A stretch of 56,596 bases of DNA, counting the filler, from Dugesia japonica (taxonomy: Eukaryota): NCBI GenBank assembly GCA_001938525.1. It is 6 parts of 6 records of this genome, joined end to end, with 100 filler letters (N's around TTAATTAATTAA, not from the genome) between each part and the next. Parts side by side here need not be neighbours in the genome. Positions count along the whole stretch, not along the records: positions 20,222 to 29,264 come from MQRL01604227.1; positions 29,365 to 39,654 come from MQRL01496857.1; positions 39,755 to 48,165 come from MQRL01494381.1; 3 more parts are not named here. The stretch is one strand, 5' to 3'. Positions 25,006 to 39,789 of this stretch are shown one piece after another; within the stretch, counting starts at the first letter, position 1, and the number at the start of each line of letters is the position of its first letter. Made by a program: the position numbers and the translations under genes. Below the pieces are notes generated by a model. The model did no database searches. It was not told where the DNA came from and saw only the letters and a list, made by a program, of their open reading frames with translations.

Positions 25006-26599
25006 TATTATCATTATTACTACGTAATTATTATTATTATAATTAATCATGCGGATTTATTTTATGTTCTTCGAGATTCTCTCGTATCGAGTATTCCGAA
25101 TTGATTAAGAAGCAGAGAAAATTTGTAAAAAAATAAAGAATGCTTGCAAGACCCAATAAATATCATAATAACTACAGGAACTACAAAATCTGACATAATT
25201 CAAAGATTTTCTGATATCCCTATAATTCTTGTAATTCTAAACATTTTCAATAANNNNNNNNNNNNNNNNNNNNNNNNNNNNNNNNNNNNNNNNNNNNNNN
25301 NNNNNNNNNNNNNNNNNNNNNNNNNNNNNNNNNNNNNNNNNNNNNNNNNNNNNNNNNNNNNNNNNNNNTACTTTCTATTTAGATTAATTTATTAAAGAAA
25401 GAAGGATACAAATATTATTTAAATTTTTTATATTACACAATATTACTATTTAACAACAAATATGATGGATTTTGTATTAAAATTATAACTTTGTTCCTCT
25501 TTAAATATACCCAAAATATCCATTTTTATTTGATCAAATTTCAAGGATTTGAAATGAGAAATATAATTTCTTATTGAATATAAAAGAAGTATTTAGTGGC
25601 AAATGAAAAATTTTGTGACTTTCTAACGTTATTCCATTGCTTTACATGGATGCATTGTTGTCGCGATGGAATCTAATCTTCTGAGACTTCTGCTAGAAGG
25701 AGTTACTTGATTTATTGGTCCCGATGTAGCCGTTAAAAACCGCGCTTGAAATATTTTTCTTCTTCATTTTACTCTGATAATTGAACTGAAAAGAATTATA
25801 TAAAAAGTCACCAAGTAAACTTTATGAAGATAATTTCTTGAAGAATAAAATTGTCGAAAATTCAGATAACTACAGAAAAGAAATAAAAAAAACAAAATAA
25901 CATTTTGATCGAAGTAATNNNNNNNNNNNNNNNNNNNNNNNNNNNNNNNNNNNNNNNNNNNNNNNNNNNNNNNNNNNNNNNNNNNNNNNNNNNNNNNNNN
26001 NNNNNNNNNNNNNNNNNNNNNNNNCAAATCAATAAAAACTTATTAAAGATATGTTTGTGACGTATTTCTGTGTTTACGTATTTCACAATTTTTCCAATAT
26101 CACTTGGAAAAATTTATAAAGCTGTAAATAAGTTATAAATTATAACTGATTTATTTCATTTAAATTATATTAACAAATGAGATCTTTAGAAATATTTATC
26201 AAATTAGTAATTATAAACAATTGAAAATTCATCAAATTGATTATTTTATGTGGAATTATTGATAAAATTTGAGATCTTACTCGCTTAATGAAATATTAAT
26301 CAGTGCTTGTAAATTATTGTTATAACATTGAAAAAATGAATTTTTATTATTAATTTAGTTAATTAACGAATGAAATTAGCAAATAAGAAAATTCTTGTAC
26401 ATCAAATGAGATTAGAATGAAACATTTTATTATTTAACAAAAATAAATTTTAAGTGATTTCCAATTATTTATTAATTCGATTAAATCTGGTTCTGATCGG
26501 GAAAATGAAAATAAATTCAAACTTGAATATCTTGAGATGAGAGATGTATAAATATTTGATTTAGACAAATTTAATGAATAAATGTTTAAATTTTAGAAG

Positions 26600-27284
26600 G
26601 ATTCGTGGACTCCATTGCATCATGCATGTCGTCATGGTCGAGTTGGATTCGTCAAATTGTTATTAACCAATCACTGTGACATTTATTCACGCACTAATGT
26701 ATTTTTATTTTAATTATAACGATTAAATATTTACGTAGGATGGATATCAACCGATACATTTGGCATCTGAGANNNNNNNNNNNNNNNNNNTGAAAATATT
26801 GATAGAAAACAAATGTGATATCAATGCATCTGATGAAGTAATTTATTTGTTATTTACTAAATAATTTATGAATAAATAATAATTTAGTCGGGAAATAAAC
26901 CAATACATTTGGCCTGTGAGAAAGATCATATTGATATTGTGAAAATATTGAAAGAAAATAATTGTGATATCAATGCATCTGGTTATGTAATTGATTTGTT
27001 ATTTACCAAATAATTTATGAATAACTAATAATTTAGTGGGGAAATAAACCAATACATTTGGTATGTAAGAATGGTCATATTGATATTGTGAAAATATTGA
27101 TAGAAAACCAATGTGATATCAATGCATCTAATCAAGTAATTTATTTGCTCTTTACCAAATAATTTATGAATAAATAATAATTTAGAGAGGATATCAACCG
27201 ATACATTTGGCCTGTGAGAGAGATCATATTGATATTGTGAAAATATTGATAGAAAACAAATGTGATATCAATGTATGTAATAAA
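26600..27284 (+). CDS. ankyrin-repeat protein, partial; exons 26600-26698, 26739-26837, 26888-26986, 27037-27135, 27186-27284
   Basis: Each 99-nt phase-0 exon encodes one ankyrin repeat (WTPLHHAC..; GNKPIHLAC..HIDIVKILIENKCDINAS); introns 40-50 nt GT-AG; a degenerate sixth unit follows. Confidence 0.88.
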
Positions 27285-29264
27285 GTATGTTATTTGCTCT
27301 TTATAAATAATTTATGAATAAATGATAATTTGGAGTGGGTATAAACCGATAGATATTGGCAGACAGTAGAACATCGAGAAATAATCGATATTATTATATC
27401 TACTGATCCCGTAAATAATTATTTATTGAAATATTTCAACAGATTTCATTCATAATTATCAATAACAATAGTAATTGTATAAATGAGGTACCCAGAAAGA
27501 AATAACAATTTAAATGTTGCTAAAACTCTTTAAACGCTACGTCATTTATCAAAATGTTACAAATCACCAAAAATCCGTAAAGTAATGAAAGAATCCTTCT
27601 AAATGTAACAAAATTTCCAGAAATAACAAACTTTAGTATTTATTAATTATTTTTTTTTAAAGAAAAAGTAATGGTTGTAACGGTAATTGGAAAGAAAAAA
27701 TAAAATTATTTTATTAGAAAATGTCAAGTGTAGAGTTAAAAAATAAAATAAATTTCAATAATGAAAAAGAAAATCAATATATGATAAAATTAATGAATAG
27801 TCTTTATATTTTATTTCTTTATATAGAAAAAATTTCTCTAAATAAACAAAATAAAATGAGATTTCTCTTTACTGGCAAATCTAAAAGTGCAAACAAACTC
27901 AAAATCAAAACAAATTCGAATTCTGATTTCCTTAATCAAAGGTGTTGTACAACTGTTCTTTCTTTCAAAAATCTCACTGATTATATTTTTGTATAAATTA
28001 TTATTTTTATACTTACTCCAGTGGATTTTGAAAACAATTAAAAAACCAAGAAAATTTGTATTTTTCAAATATATNNNNNNNNNNNNNNNNNNNNNNNNNN
28101 NNNNNNNNNNNNNNNNNNNNNNNNNNNNNNNNNNNNNNNGTCTTCCAAAAGTTTTCAAAAAGATTTAAACATAATAGTTAATTAAAAATAAAATAATTTA
28201 TCTAAATTAACATTAAATTTATTAAATCCACATTTTTATAGGATGGAGTAAGTATATATAACTATTGTCATTTTAGCGGTGCAGTGCGCTACTCTAGCGA
28301 GAACAAAGTATTTGACGGTAAAGATCCTTTAGATAATGTATAGCCAGTTTTTAATTTCCGGATGAATGATACCAGGATCGAGTTGATCCGGGGCAAGTGG
28401 TCAATCTTTTATCCATAATAACTTGTCACTATCAATCTTGAGTGGAGGATTGCACCATAAGATCCGTCATGTCTTTACGCATCCAGCGATACATGTATGT
28501 GAGGTTCAAAAAATGTGTTCGGTTGCGTTTTTGTATTTTAAAAATATGTAGATGTGATTTTATTATTCCTCACAATAAGTGATCTTATCTGAGTCCAAAA
28601 TCAGTTAATTTCCGGTTGCGGTAAATTAAATAAGTTTGGAAGGAAACGGTTTTATTTTATTTCAATCTGTGCTTGGTAAGTTCTAAATAGAACTGTAAGA
28701 TTTTAGCTATTATTATAAAATAGTATAAAAACTTAAAAACGAATAAAATAACTCAATAATTTATTTTCAATCACAAAAGTTTAACACAACTTCGTTTTAT
28801 AAAAATGAAAATTTTTTAAGTAAAAATCGTTACACGTTTTACTCAGCGTTTTCCTATAAAGATAAGAGTAACACAAGATACAATGGCCAAAAATAAACAG
28901 ACGTTGTCCTTCATTGTTTTTGGATGAACGTTTTATCAAAAAAATGGATATAATGGGAAAATTTAAATTACTTAGAAGCAAACCGTCCAGATTGTAACAA
29001 TCTGCATTTACTTTTGATTTAAAATTATTATTTTAATTCCTAACTCGATACTGTTGATCGAGGGGTTATATTTTACAAGCTTCGTAACGCTTGAAATATA
29101 ACTCAAAATTTGTGATTTTAAAATAAATAAAATTTACCTCTTGTAATTCAACTCGCAAAATTTTAATTTATTTCTGCTTTATCTGCTAACTTTATTTGTG
29201 TCAATTTGATTATCTGGTTGCAATTATATACATAATTGAACAACCAATCAAATTGTATCTAACA

Positions 29265-29364
29265 NNNNNNNNNNNNNNNNNNNNNNNNNNNNNNNNNNNN
29301 NNNNNNNNTTAATTAATTAANNNNNNNNNNNNNNNNNNNNNNNNNNNNNNNNNNNNNNNNNNNN
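29265..29364. other. artificial contig-join linker
   Basis: N44-TTAATTAATTAA-N44. Confidence 0.95.

Positions 29365-29412
<48 letters not shown>
29365..29412. repeat. (TTA)n microsatellite
   Basis: 16 TTA units at the contig start. Confidence 0.95.
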
Positions 29413-29413
<1 letters not shown>

Positions 29414-29531
29414 CTGTATTAATTAAAACGCAATTAGTAAAAGGAAAATACACTAAAAGATTAAGATAAACTCCAACCTAATTAGTATAAATCGGTACCA
29501 AATATTAATGATAGATTTACTGATAACTAAC

Positions 29532-32500
29532 CTGACATTGACCTTCATTAGCAAAATATTGACAATTTGAAATGAGATCTTTGCATTCAGTTCTTTTTTT
29601 TGCTTGGTGGTTTTTAGCAATCTCAGTTTCAGTAACATTGGCTTCATTTCTTTCATAATTACTGCCACATTTACCACAGGATCCCAAACAAATTTTAAGT
29701 GTAGTTCCAGTACACTTATTCTTTATTAAATTAAATTCTGGATTTTCATCTATAAATTTAATAAAACTACCTCATTAGCCATAGCATCACAATAGGAATC
29801 TGGAGAATAATTTCTGCAAGGAGCATTTGGTTTCACTAATGTTGTATTTGTTGAACATGTTCCACACGATAAAGCACAATTCGATTTCATAAATCCAGGA
29901 TTGATATTACACTGACCATTTTGGGCCCATTCTTCACACAAGTCTGCATTATGCCGGTCTTTGCAAACAAATTCAATGATACTTGGATCTGTATGATTGA
30001 CACATGTATTACAACTTTTTTTACAGTAAACCTTTGTCCACGTATCAAAATAGCAGAATCCATCGAATTTGTTTTTCTTACACTTAACTTCATCTTGGTC
30101 CATGCATTCTTCAAAAACATATTCATTTTTAAATATTTTTGAAAATTATTTAAATAATATTTAAAAAATTTTGAACCAAAAATAGTTAGTTATTTAATTA
30201 TTTTTCTAAATAAATTTAAATTTTTAATTAAAATCGAATTTTAATTAAATTTTTTAATAAAGAAAACATCTTAAAATTTTTTTTTAATTGTATTTTAAGT
30301 AATGCTTATTTGTTGTATGTTTTTATGAATATTTTGAATATTTTTCATAGTATATTTAAAATATTTATGGTAATTTTTTTTATAAATGTGTTTATAAATT
30401 TCAGAAAATTATTATATTATATTTTAATTTTTGAAAGGTATATTAAATAATCAAATAAATAAAAACAAAAATTTCAGATCAATTTTCTAAAAAGAATTGT
30501 GACAATGGTTTGAATTTCCAACATAAAGCTCGTAATTTATAGTGAAATAGTAACTTTAATTAATTAATCACGGCTAACTCCAATATCAGATAAAGTTCAT
30601 ACTGAGGAAAAATTGATTCTGTACACACATGCACAATCCAGTTTAACATAACAACCAATAAAAGTTATTACTTAATAAACGTTCATCAGGGTAAAATTTA
30701 CATTCTAACTATCAATAAAATAATTTTTCCATGCTGAAATTCCATTGCACGCATACTTACTTTCGATTTTTCATTTCCGAGATAAATTTTGGGTTTCAAT
30801 CAATAAAAATCTTTAGTAGTCTTATTTCTTATAAAAAATTGTCAGTAACCGCCATATGAGGTTTTTACTAAATGTTTTATATTTTACTCAATTATATCAT
30901 TTACATTTGATTTTTCGAAATTTTCTTAACACATATTTAACCACAGGTTCCTTTGTTTAATTAATTTTTCTTCATTTGGAAATTGTCTATGATTAATATA
31001 CAATTATTCTGTTTTCAATCTCTTTCTAATTTTATTGCTTTAGCGCGATTATACATTTCATTTTACATAAATTTATTATTTATANNNNNNNNNNNNNNNN
31101 NNNNNNNNNNNNNNNNNNNNNNNNNNNNNNNNNNNNNNNNNNNNNNNNNNNNNNNNNNNGTATTAGCCATTTTACATACATTTTAAATGTATTTCAATAT
31201 AATTTTGTTAGTTTTCTCGTTAATTTGTACTATTTTAACAATCAGGAAATATTAGAAATAGAATTCATTAAGGTTTTAACAATGTGTGCATTATAAAGTC
31301 TCTTTCTAAATCTCTAAATCATGTTTGATTAGTATAAAATTAGTTGAGCCTAAAATATATAATTAATTCTGAAATGTTAATTTATATTTTCACAAAGTTA
31401 TTTATTTTCATTTACATTTTTTTATTTTAATTACATTAATTTATTGTAATATTTTTTAAATAATATATAAAACAATGTTTTAAAGCGATATTAATTTAAA
31501 AAAAGAATTAAAGTGATATAATTAAAAATCAATTTTTATTAGATGTTTATAAAATTTATTAGTTGTTTAAATATNNNNNNNNNNNNNNNNNNNNNNNNNN
31601 NNNNNNNNNNNNNNNNNNNNNNNNNNNNNNNNNNNNNNNNNNNAAAATTTCAAAATAACGAATTACATTTATTTAGATGAATTTACGCCTAAAATAATTA
31701 TGTAAAAGACGGAATATTTGTTTTAATCATTCAAAACTAAAATGTTGTTAAAACTGTTTTTTTGCGTTAGCATATATGAATACAAATATGAATTCTGTTT
31801 ATTATTTAAAACAATGTTATTAACAGAATTTTTTATTAAAACTTTATTCATTGATTAATTGAAATTTTATTTTTTAAACTATTTGCTTTCATATTTCCTT
31901 TCTGCAATTTTTAATTTTCTAACAGTCATTTAAACAAATATTTAATTGAAAACTTGAACCTTTAGAAAAATTTCAAAATAAAAAATTGTTAAAAACTCTT
32001 AACAATATTTTACACTGTTGAAAATGACATCTTTACGAAATTTATTTTACATAAAAATATTTTTGAATTCGTTGTTGTTGTTCTAGATAAAAAATTAATA
32101 TTAAATTTACGATTTATTGTTTAAATTGTGAATGTAGTTTTCAAAGGTCTTTTATGCGAAATGATAGGAACAAAAAATTGAAAAAGAACTTTTAGAGAAA
32201 CATTTCAATATTCCATTTTTTTATTAGAAAATACTAAGACATACTATATGGTGGTGGTGGTCCATTTCCATAATTACCATAGCGAAAACATCGGCCACAT
32301 GTTTTTCTGCATAGTGCACTAGCTGCCACAGGATTGTTGTAGCAAATGTTAGTTTCAGAAGCATTTCGGCAGTATTCAGTATGATTTGCATCGTCAACAC
32401 ATCGACGATTTGCAAACACTAAAAGAAAATTACTATTAATATGAACATTTTACATTATTAAAATATTTTTAAAAAGTTAAAATGAAATTAACAATTAAAA

Positions 32501-35500
32501 CAATTTTAAATTATTCACATTTTTCAACATATGTAATATTTTCTTTTAAAAATCGTGAAAAGAATATTTCATCAAAACTGTATATCTTATTATATAAAAT
32601 AGATTTTATATATATACGAGGATTGTCTGAAAAGCTTATAGTCCGATCCATTTTCAAACATATTTTTAATTTTTTGTCAACAGTTTATTAAAAATTCATT
32701 CTTTATTTAGTATTAATAAATCGATTATTATATTTTTATCATTTAATTAANAGTATTATTTTTTGTTTTAGTAAATGACTTCGGATGAATTAAAAAATTT
32801 TGAAAAAGATGAATGTCGGGCTGTCATAAAATATCTGTTTTTAAAGGACAAAAGAAATTTATGATGACATGAGCGGAGCATTAAAGAAAACATGCCCGTC
32901 ATATGCAACAGTGGAAAATTGGGTATCATCATTTGAGAGAGGCAAAACAAGCATCCAAGATGAGCCAAGGTCCGGACGACCAATTTCTGCAACAACTCAC
33001 GAGAATATTGAAAAAGTACACGAAATGATTCTTGAAAATCGTCGAATTTTAATCAGAATTATTGCTGAGACCTTAAAGCTATGCAAAGAGCGTGTTGGTA
33101 AAATCATTCATGAAGATTTGAATATGAATATGCTTTCTGCAAAATGGATCTCTAAATGCCTGAATTCTGATCAGGAGCAAAGACTAGTGCAGAGTTCAAA
33201 GGTGATTCTTTCACATTAATTAATCAAATTCTAGTCGTTTATGGTTGCATTTGTTTGATCATGAAACCAAGTAACAACAATCCATGGAGGGGAGGCATTC
33301 CGGATCGCCCCGACCCAAAAAATTCCGAAGACAAAAGTCTGCAGGAAAAGTCTTAGCCACTGTTTTCTGGGATTTCAAAGGCATTGTGATGATTGACGTT
33401 TCAGAAAAAGGTTCAACGATAAATTATGAATATTATTCATCTTTATTGGTTAAAGTTAAAGAAAAATTAAAGCAAAAACGACCTGGAAAGTTAAGAAATG
33501 GCATTCAATTTTTGCAGGACAATCCACCTGCACATACCGCTTTACAGACATTGAATACAATTCAAGATATTGGTTTCCAAGTTTTAAAACATTCAGCCTA
33601 TTCTCCTGATTTGGCTCCGTCTGATTATTTTTTGTTTTTATATTTGAAAAAAATGTTGAAAAAAAACCATTTCGAAACAAACAGTGATGTCATCGAAACT
33701 ACGAAGGCATGGTTTAAAGCCCAATCTGCGGACTTTTACTATGAAGGCATAGGTTCATTAGAAAAAAAATTAATAATTTGTTTGTTCAAACAAACTAAAT
33801 AATTTGCAGCTCAGATGAAATTGTCCATACTTTCAATTTAGCTAAAGTTTATTAATAAGTATCTATTAAATAATTATAAAACTTTATCAAAAACTACCGT
33901 AAAATTTTAAAATATAATACACCAAATATTTCAAAATTTTATATTCTTTATTTTTGAAACTATTTCATTTGAGCACAACTTATATATGAAATTTTAAAAT
34001 ATAATAATATATTTTAATCACTTTTATTTCATTATTTTCATTAATTTATTTATTTCTTAAAAACCTTAAAAATTCTAAAATAAACCTGTTTTTTAATTAT
34101 TTATAAATTTATGATTTTATTAAAATAAAGTAATAGCTTCGATCAAATTATATCCTACAACTAAAAATTAAACATAAAAAAAATTTCAATTTAATTAAAA
34201 ATTTTGAAATGAAATTTAAAATAAATATTATAATTAAAATAAACCAATAAAATTTCAATAAAATATAAACAGTTTTTGTAACAATGTTCTAATATCGTTT
34301 AAATCTATCAAAAAGTCATCATATTCCTGAAAACAATAAAACAACATTTTAATTTGATCGAAGTTATTTTAATGAAATCTCAAACTCGATCAATAGTTAA
34401 GTCCAAAAATTATTCTCACAATAATTGTAATAACAAAATTATTAACTTATGTTTAAAAAAGTGTCTTTTAATTATTTGATTAATTCTTTATTAACAATTG
34501 TAAATTGATTTCAAAATTTTAATTCAAAATTCAATATCCATATTTTTTAACGTAATTCAAATTATTTTAATTTAAAGATATAGATATTAATAGATAGATA
34601 TATAATAAATATAATAATAAATTAACTTTCTGGTGTTTGACAAACACAATTTTTATCAATAAATTGTGTTGTTGGGCAATTAACATTTGAACAATGATCT
34701 GAAATAAGAGAAATTTTAAGTTTTATCAATGATACCATTCATACTTCCGCATTTATACAATTCATTTATAGCTTTAATATCCCAGTAACTTAGATCTTTT
34801 TCTCTTATTTCAAATAACGGAGATTTTTCAGTTTTATTCATCTTCATGTATACTGGTAAGCCATTTTTAGAAAAAGCCTTAAATAAAAATGTTATATGAT
34901 AAGAAGTACAAATTAATTTAAAATTATTTAATAACAAATCCTGTACTGAAGTAAAAAAAAATTCCAGTTTTTTCTTTCATTTAAATTTTTAGAAAAAGAT
35001 AATCTACTTTTTTATCATTCGTTTATTTTCTAAAGATTTATTTTATGTGATTAATGCTTATCTGATTTACACACGTAAACTTCCGATACCATTTCTTATG
35101 ATCACTTTAGTCGTCTATGATCGTACTTCATGCGTTCTTCATTAACTCGTATTATCCTTTTATCAGCATTTTAACTGCGTGCGCTCTTGAATTTCATCCA
35201 ATCAAATTACCCGGTTTTTAAAAGTATATAATTTGTGTTTTATAGATTTTTAAGTATGATATTCTTGCTCTGCAAAAAATTCCTCGTTAAATGATGTGTG
35301 ATATTACAGTGCTCAAGGTAAAAATATCAAAAATGATCGTGACAAAATTTTTAATAGAATGCAATAAAACGTTTCATGATGTGAAACAAAAAGTTTAATT
35401 ACCCTTACTTCAAACAAGAAAAGTTAATTTAAACGAAAAAAATCATAAATCTTAGTTAATTTAGACCCTATATGTAATTACGAGTAATTATGGGATGAGT

Positions 35501-37670
35501 ATGTAATTTATAATGCCATCAATCGATTATACAAACAAAAGTACCTGTGCCATAATCATTATGNNNNNNATACAGTTAGTGTTAGGGTGTAGTAATCAAG
35601 AAAATTAAATATTGCCTGGGATTGTGTAATCAAACATACTTATAGTGTAATCTTTCGGTAATTATGTTATCATAATGTTTACGTAATATTTTTACATAGT
35701 AATCAAAAACCTAAACTCACTGCATATTTTTACTTTGAATTAACTTTAATTTTCAAGAATCGTTGAAATTTTTTGTGTTATCAATTGATCATGTATAATT
35801 TAAGATTTTGTTACTAATTGATGTTAATAAATTAATTATTAATCAAGAATAAATCTGTTCAAGTTTTTCGTCACGTCACATTCATACTCAAATAATGCAT
35901 CCGCGCGAGGGTATATTAATTAAAAATTCAATTATAAACTAAAGTTATTAGGTGAATATATGAATGCTTAATACATCCATATAAAAATTACAATTTTAGT
36001 TCAAAAGAAGATTATAAGATTGATTTTTTTACAAATGATTTGAATTTAACTATGTGCAAATTTTTAGTTTTCGTTAAAAAGAAAATGATTTATTGATTTT
36101 TAGTATTTTCATGAAATTTAAACTTTATATTAAAAGGCGAATCCATTAAAAGTTAAAAGTATCACCGATTGTCCCTCGCTGATCTACATCGTCAGAATTT
36201 AGTAAGATTTATTTTCTAGCCTTTATGTAAAACAGGAGTCTTTAACACGACGCCCGTAGACCGCATGCATCGTGTTTAAATGCGGCCTATAATCCTTCAT
36301 TAGAACTAACAAAAATAGATATACATTTTACCAATTAATTAGCTTTACTTTCGTGTAAAAGTCTTATCACGTGCTTCAAGTTTTAAATAGTTTGTTTTTA
36401 CCATTTCAGACTGACACCATAATCAAGTTAGTTTCTTATTAAGACACCTTCAACCTAATTTTATTGATGACTTCACTATCAATATGCAAACAAAGACGTG
36501 CGTATAACTAAGTCATTGTACTGTTAGTTTTACAATTAAATAATTATAATACTAGGTTGAGTCAAAGGTTCCCGGACACTTTTTATTTTGTCTATTTTAA
36601 TTTTAAAAAAGCAGCGTTATTTAAAAAAAATTGTATTATCTATTTTTATATAGTAAGTCAATTTTATAGATTTAATTTCAAAAAAATATTTATCATAGAA
36701 GCTCACAAAATGGCGGACGAAAAAATCATAATTCGGGGTTTCCTGTGTCATTATTGGAAACAGAGTCTAAGCGTNAGAGCAACAGCCATGAAAATATATA
36801 AAATTGAAGGTCCTGGGATAGTCTCAAAACCCACCTTAGGAGAATGGTTTCGTAGATTTAATGAAGGCGATACCAGTCTATAAGACAAATCACGTTCTGG
36901 AAGGCAATTGTTCCTGATAAATGAAGCTTTGTTGCAAGGTTTTCAACAAAGTCCAGACACCAGCACTCGCATACTGGCTACTCAACTTGGAACATCTAAA
37001 TCAACCATTGTTCGGCACCTTCACGAATTTGGTTTTTCAAATAAGAAACCCAAATTTGTTTGCCATGAACTTGCTGATCAACAAGCACAAAGGAGAGAAG
37101 AAATTTGCAAGAAATTGTTGGATAATCCTAAAGATAACAGGTTCTGGAGACGAATCATAAATAAATTAATTAATAAATAAAATGCAATGATTCGCTATTT
37201 GAATTTGTTTGAAAAAACAATGTTGTCTTTCATTTATAATAAATTTTAAAAGAAATCTTCTTGTCTCAAATTCATCTAACAATGCTTATAATGTTAATAT
37301 TTAATTTAATAATTTTAATTATAATGTTTTTTTCTTTAATATAACACTTACATATGGTGAATACATCATTATCGATTGAAAATCAAAAGGTGTATTAAAT
37401 AATTTATAATGTGCAGACTCAATTTGGAAACCGATTTTAGCATCATCTTGAATATTTTCAATAAAATATCGTATAAATTGATTTCTGTCGGGTCGCATCA
37501 TTTCATGTAGTAATCCTATTGTGTGACCTAATTCGTGTATAACTAAACCATACTAAATATTTTGTTTATTTTAATTTATTTCTTTACAAAGCATTCATAC
37601 TTGACGGCATGCCTTTGAAAGAGTGAGAGATTGTTGTCCGGTTTCTTGCATTCCAATTTCAGAGAAGCAT
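29532..37670 (-). CDS. astacin (M12A) zinc metalloprotease with Cys-rich linker and at least 5 ShK domains, partial; exons 37670-37601, 37552-37352, 34877-34745, 34698-34627, 32418-32245, 30108-29771, 29720-29532
   Basis: CFSEIG; HELGHTIGLLHEMMRPDR (HExxHxxGxxHExxRxDR); Met-turn SIMMY; DIKAINELYKC; six-Cys ShK units ending CRKTCGRC, CKKSCNTC, CALSCGTC, CLGSCGKC, plus the start of a fifth; splice phases consistent. Confidence 0.92.
32615..33802 (+). mobile_element. DD34D mariner (irritans/Himar1-like) in astacin intron, decayed
   Basis: TACGAGG.TTGT 5' TIR-like start; DEPRSGRP, KSAGKVLATVFWD, LQDNPPAH, YSPDLAPSDYFLF; 3' TIR not found. Confidence 0.88.
36552..37158 (+). mobile_element. 5' half of a mariner in astacin intron
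   Basis: TA-CTAGGTTG TIR-like start; WFRRFNEGDTSL*DKSRSGR, FVCHEL, ends at RFWRRII just before the catalytic domain. Confidence 0.82.
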
Positions 37671-38027
37671 CTTAATGAAAAAATTATTACAGGAAATAAT
37701 ATAAATATTATAAACAAATGCTTGATTAATTCTGATAATTTGGATTTTTAATGAAAATTTAAGAAACAAAGTTCTCACAAGTCATTTACACACAAAGATT
37801 AATTATTGGTGTGAGAGAAGTAAAGTTTTAAACACTTAAGTTCATTATAATACACAATTCTAACATTTTCATGATAAACCTAACTTCAAATTTTACAGGA
37901 AGGTTGATATAGAACAAATATTTACTAGGTTTGCTTTGATTATATTTTTAAATTAAATTTAATTATTATTTAATTTAACAGTTCAATAGAAATTAACTTA
38001 ATTATTAGAAACCTTATTTTAGATATA

Positions 38028-38881
38028 CGTGGTAAGACTAAAAAGTCCTTAGACTTTACCAGAAATAATGAAGTCAATAAATATATATTCATAGGTCTCA
38101 TTTCTCGACATAACCACGTTTACATTGAAGCACTTTTTCCAGTGGTCGACCATTCCATCGAAGCACCTTTCAAAGAAATTTTGATCTTTCTGGATGAGGA
38201 ATTTCGTCACGTTGTCTTTTATATCATTCATTGAAACAAACTTATGTCCTTGTATATGTTTCTTCATATGATTGAACAACCAGAAATCACTTGGTGCAAG
38301 ATCTGATCTGTATGGAGGATGATCGAGCTGCACAAATCCAGCTTTTTGTAATGTTCCTTGTGTTTTCTTGGATGTGTGAATAGGAACTTTATTATGGAAC
38401 AAATAAAGATTCTTGCTGCGTGACTTGAATCGCATGCTTCGGGTTTCAAGTATGAGGTTACTGTAGTAAAACAATTTTATGAATTCTTCAGTAAAATCTA
38501 GCTTCACGATGCCATTTTTATTCAAATCAACAGGTCTTCCAGTTTTGGTTGCATCGAAAACCCTTATTCAACCAAATGAAAATTCTTAGATCCAGTTTTA
38601 AATGGTCGCCTAAGATGGGGCTTCTTCACCATATACCTTTTGAAGCTGATTAATAATTCCCTTTTTGCCAGTTCCCTTGATAAGTAAAAATCTGATTACA
38701 CTGTGAAATTCAACATTATCGAACCTTTGTTGTTTAATTATTCTAATCTAGTGCAAACAAAAATTAGCATATTAAAAAAATCGTAAATTTCATACCTATA
38801 TGATTATTATTTTAAATGTAAAATTTTATTTAAATATCTTCAATTTTTCGGATAGTCTAAGGACATTTTAGCCTTACCACG
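38028..38881 (-). mobile_element. internally deleted mariner with both TIRs (854 bp)
   Basis: 28-bp TIRs CGTGGTAAGACTAAAAAGTCCTTAGACT (2 mismatches) with TA flanks; the HTH region (TKTGRP) joins directly to GIVKLDF..HPPYRSDLAPSDFWLF. Confidence 0.9.
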
Positions 38882-39654
38882 TACATAAGCAATATGTTTT
38901 AAATGATTACGCAAATATCAGAATTGATAATGAAATTCAAAAGAAATTAAGAATATTCTTGGAAATAAATCCTAAAATAGGTTATAAATGTTATAAAAAT
39001 TTCTCGCTTAAAAAAAATTACGATAATTTATGCGGTAATATATATATATATATTTATTTGATTTGTGAAAAATAATATTTGGTGCCTTAAAGATGTGATA
39101 CATTTTCTGAAATAGTTAACTTGTTTATTATCTTATATATAAAATTGAAAAGGTTAATATTCTTTTAAGTAAAGAAAATCGGAAGATATAAGATATTATT
39201 TACCAACAACTAAGAAAAATCTTAATATTTTTGATTATGTAGTTAATGAGAAGACTCAAGAGATAGAAAAGAAGTTATTTTACATACGACAGATATAAAA
39301 ACTGTATTGCGATATGCATTTTACAAACAGATTTTGATTTGGATAAAAACAATACAACAGATAACAGTAATTGTTTTATATTCTTTAAGGTCAATAAAAG
39401 CGATAACGATATAGTACATCACTATTTATTCTCTAATAATTTTCAAAAACATACCAAAATTTTATTCCATTCAAAATATAGGTATAGAAACACACAACAT
39501 GAATATCAGACTACGGCGCTGTTGATCCCTAAGAAACGATGCAAAAAAATACATAAATTGATTACAGAGATTGAAATATGCAGTCAAATCGATGGACTAT
39601 CATATATTAAATTGATTCATTTACAGAGTTTCTAATCATTTTATCTCATCCTAA

Positions 39655-39754
39655 NNNNNNNNNNNNNNNNNNNNNNNNNNNNNNNNNNNNNNNNNNNNTT
39701 AATTAATTAANNNNNNNNNNNNNNNNNNNNNNNNNNNNNNNNNNNNNNNNNNNN
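39655..39754. other. artificial contig-join linker
   Basis: N44-TTAATTAATTAA-N44. Confidence 0.95.
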
Positions 39755-39789
39755 AAAAACAGCACTCAGTGGACCCTTTCAAGAATTTA

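Noticed and set aside
26739-27340. Regular repeat array superficially like CRISPR
   Set aside because: Units are ankyrin exons plus introns in a eukaryotic gene; no unique spacers and no cas genes
27721-28168. Overlapping K/N/F/I-rich ORFs
   Set aside because: Chance ORFs in AT-rich sequence, partly extended by an N gap
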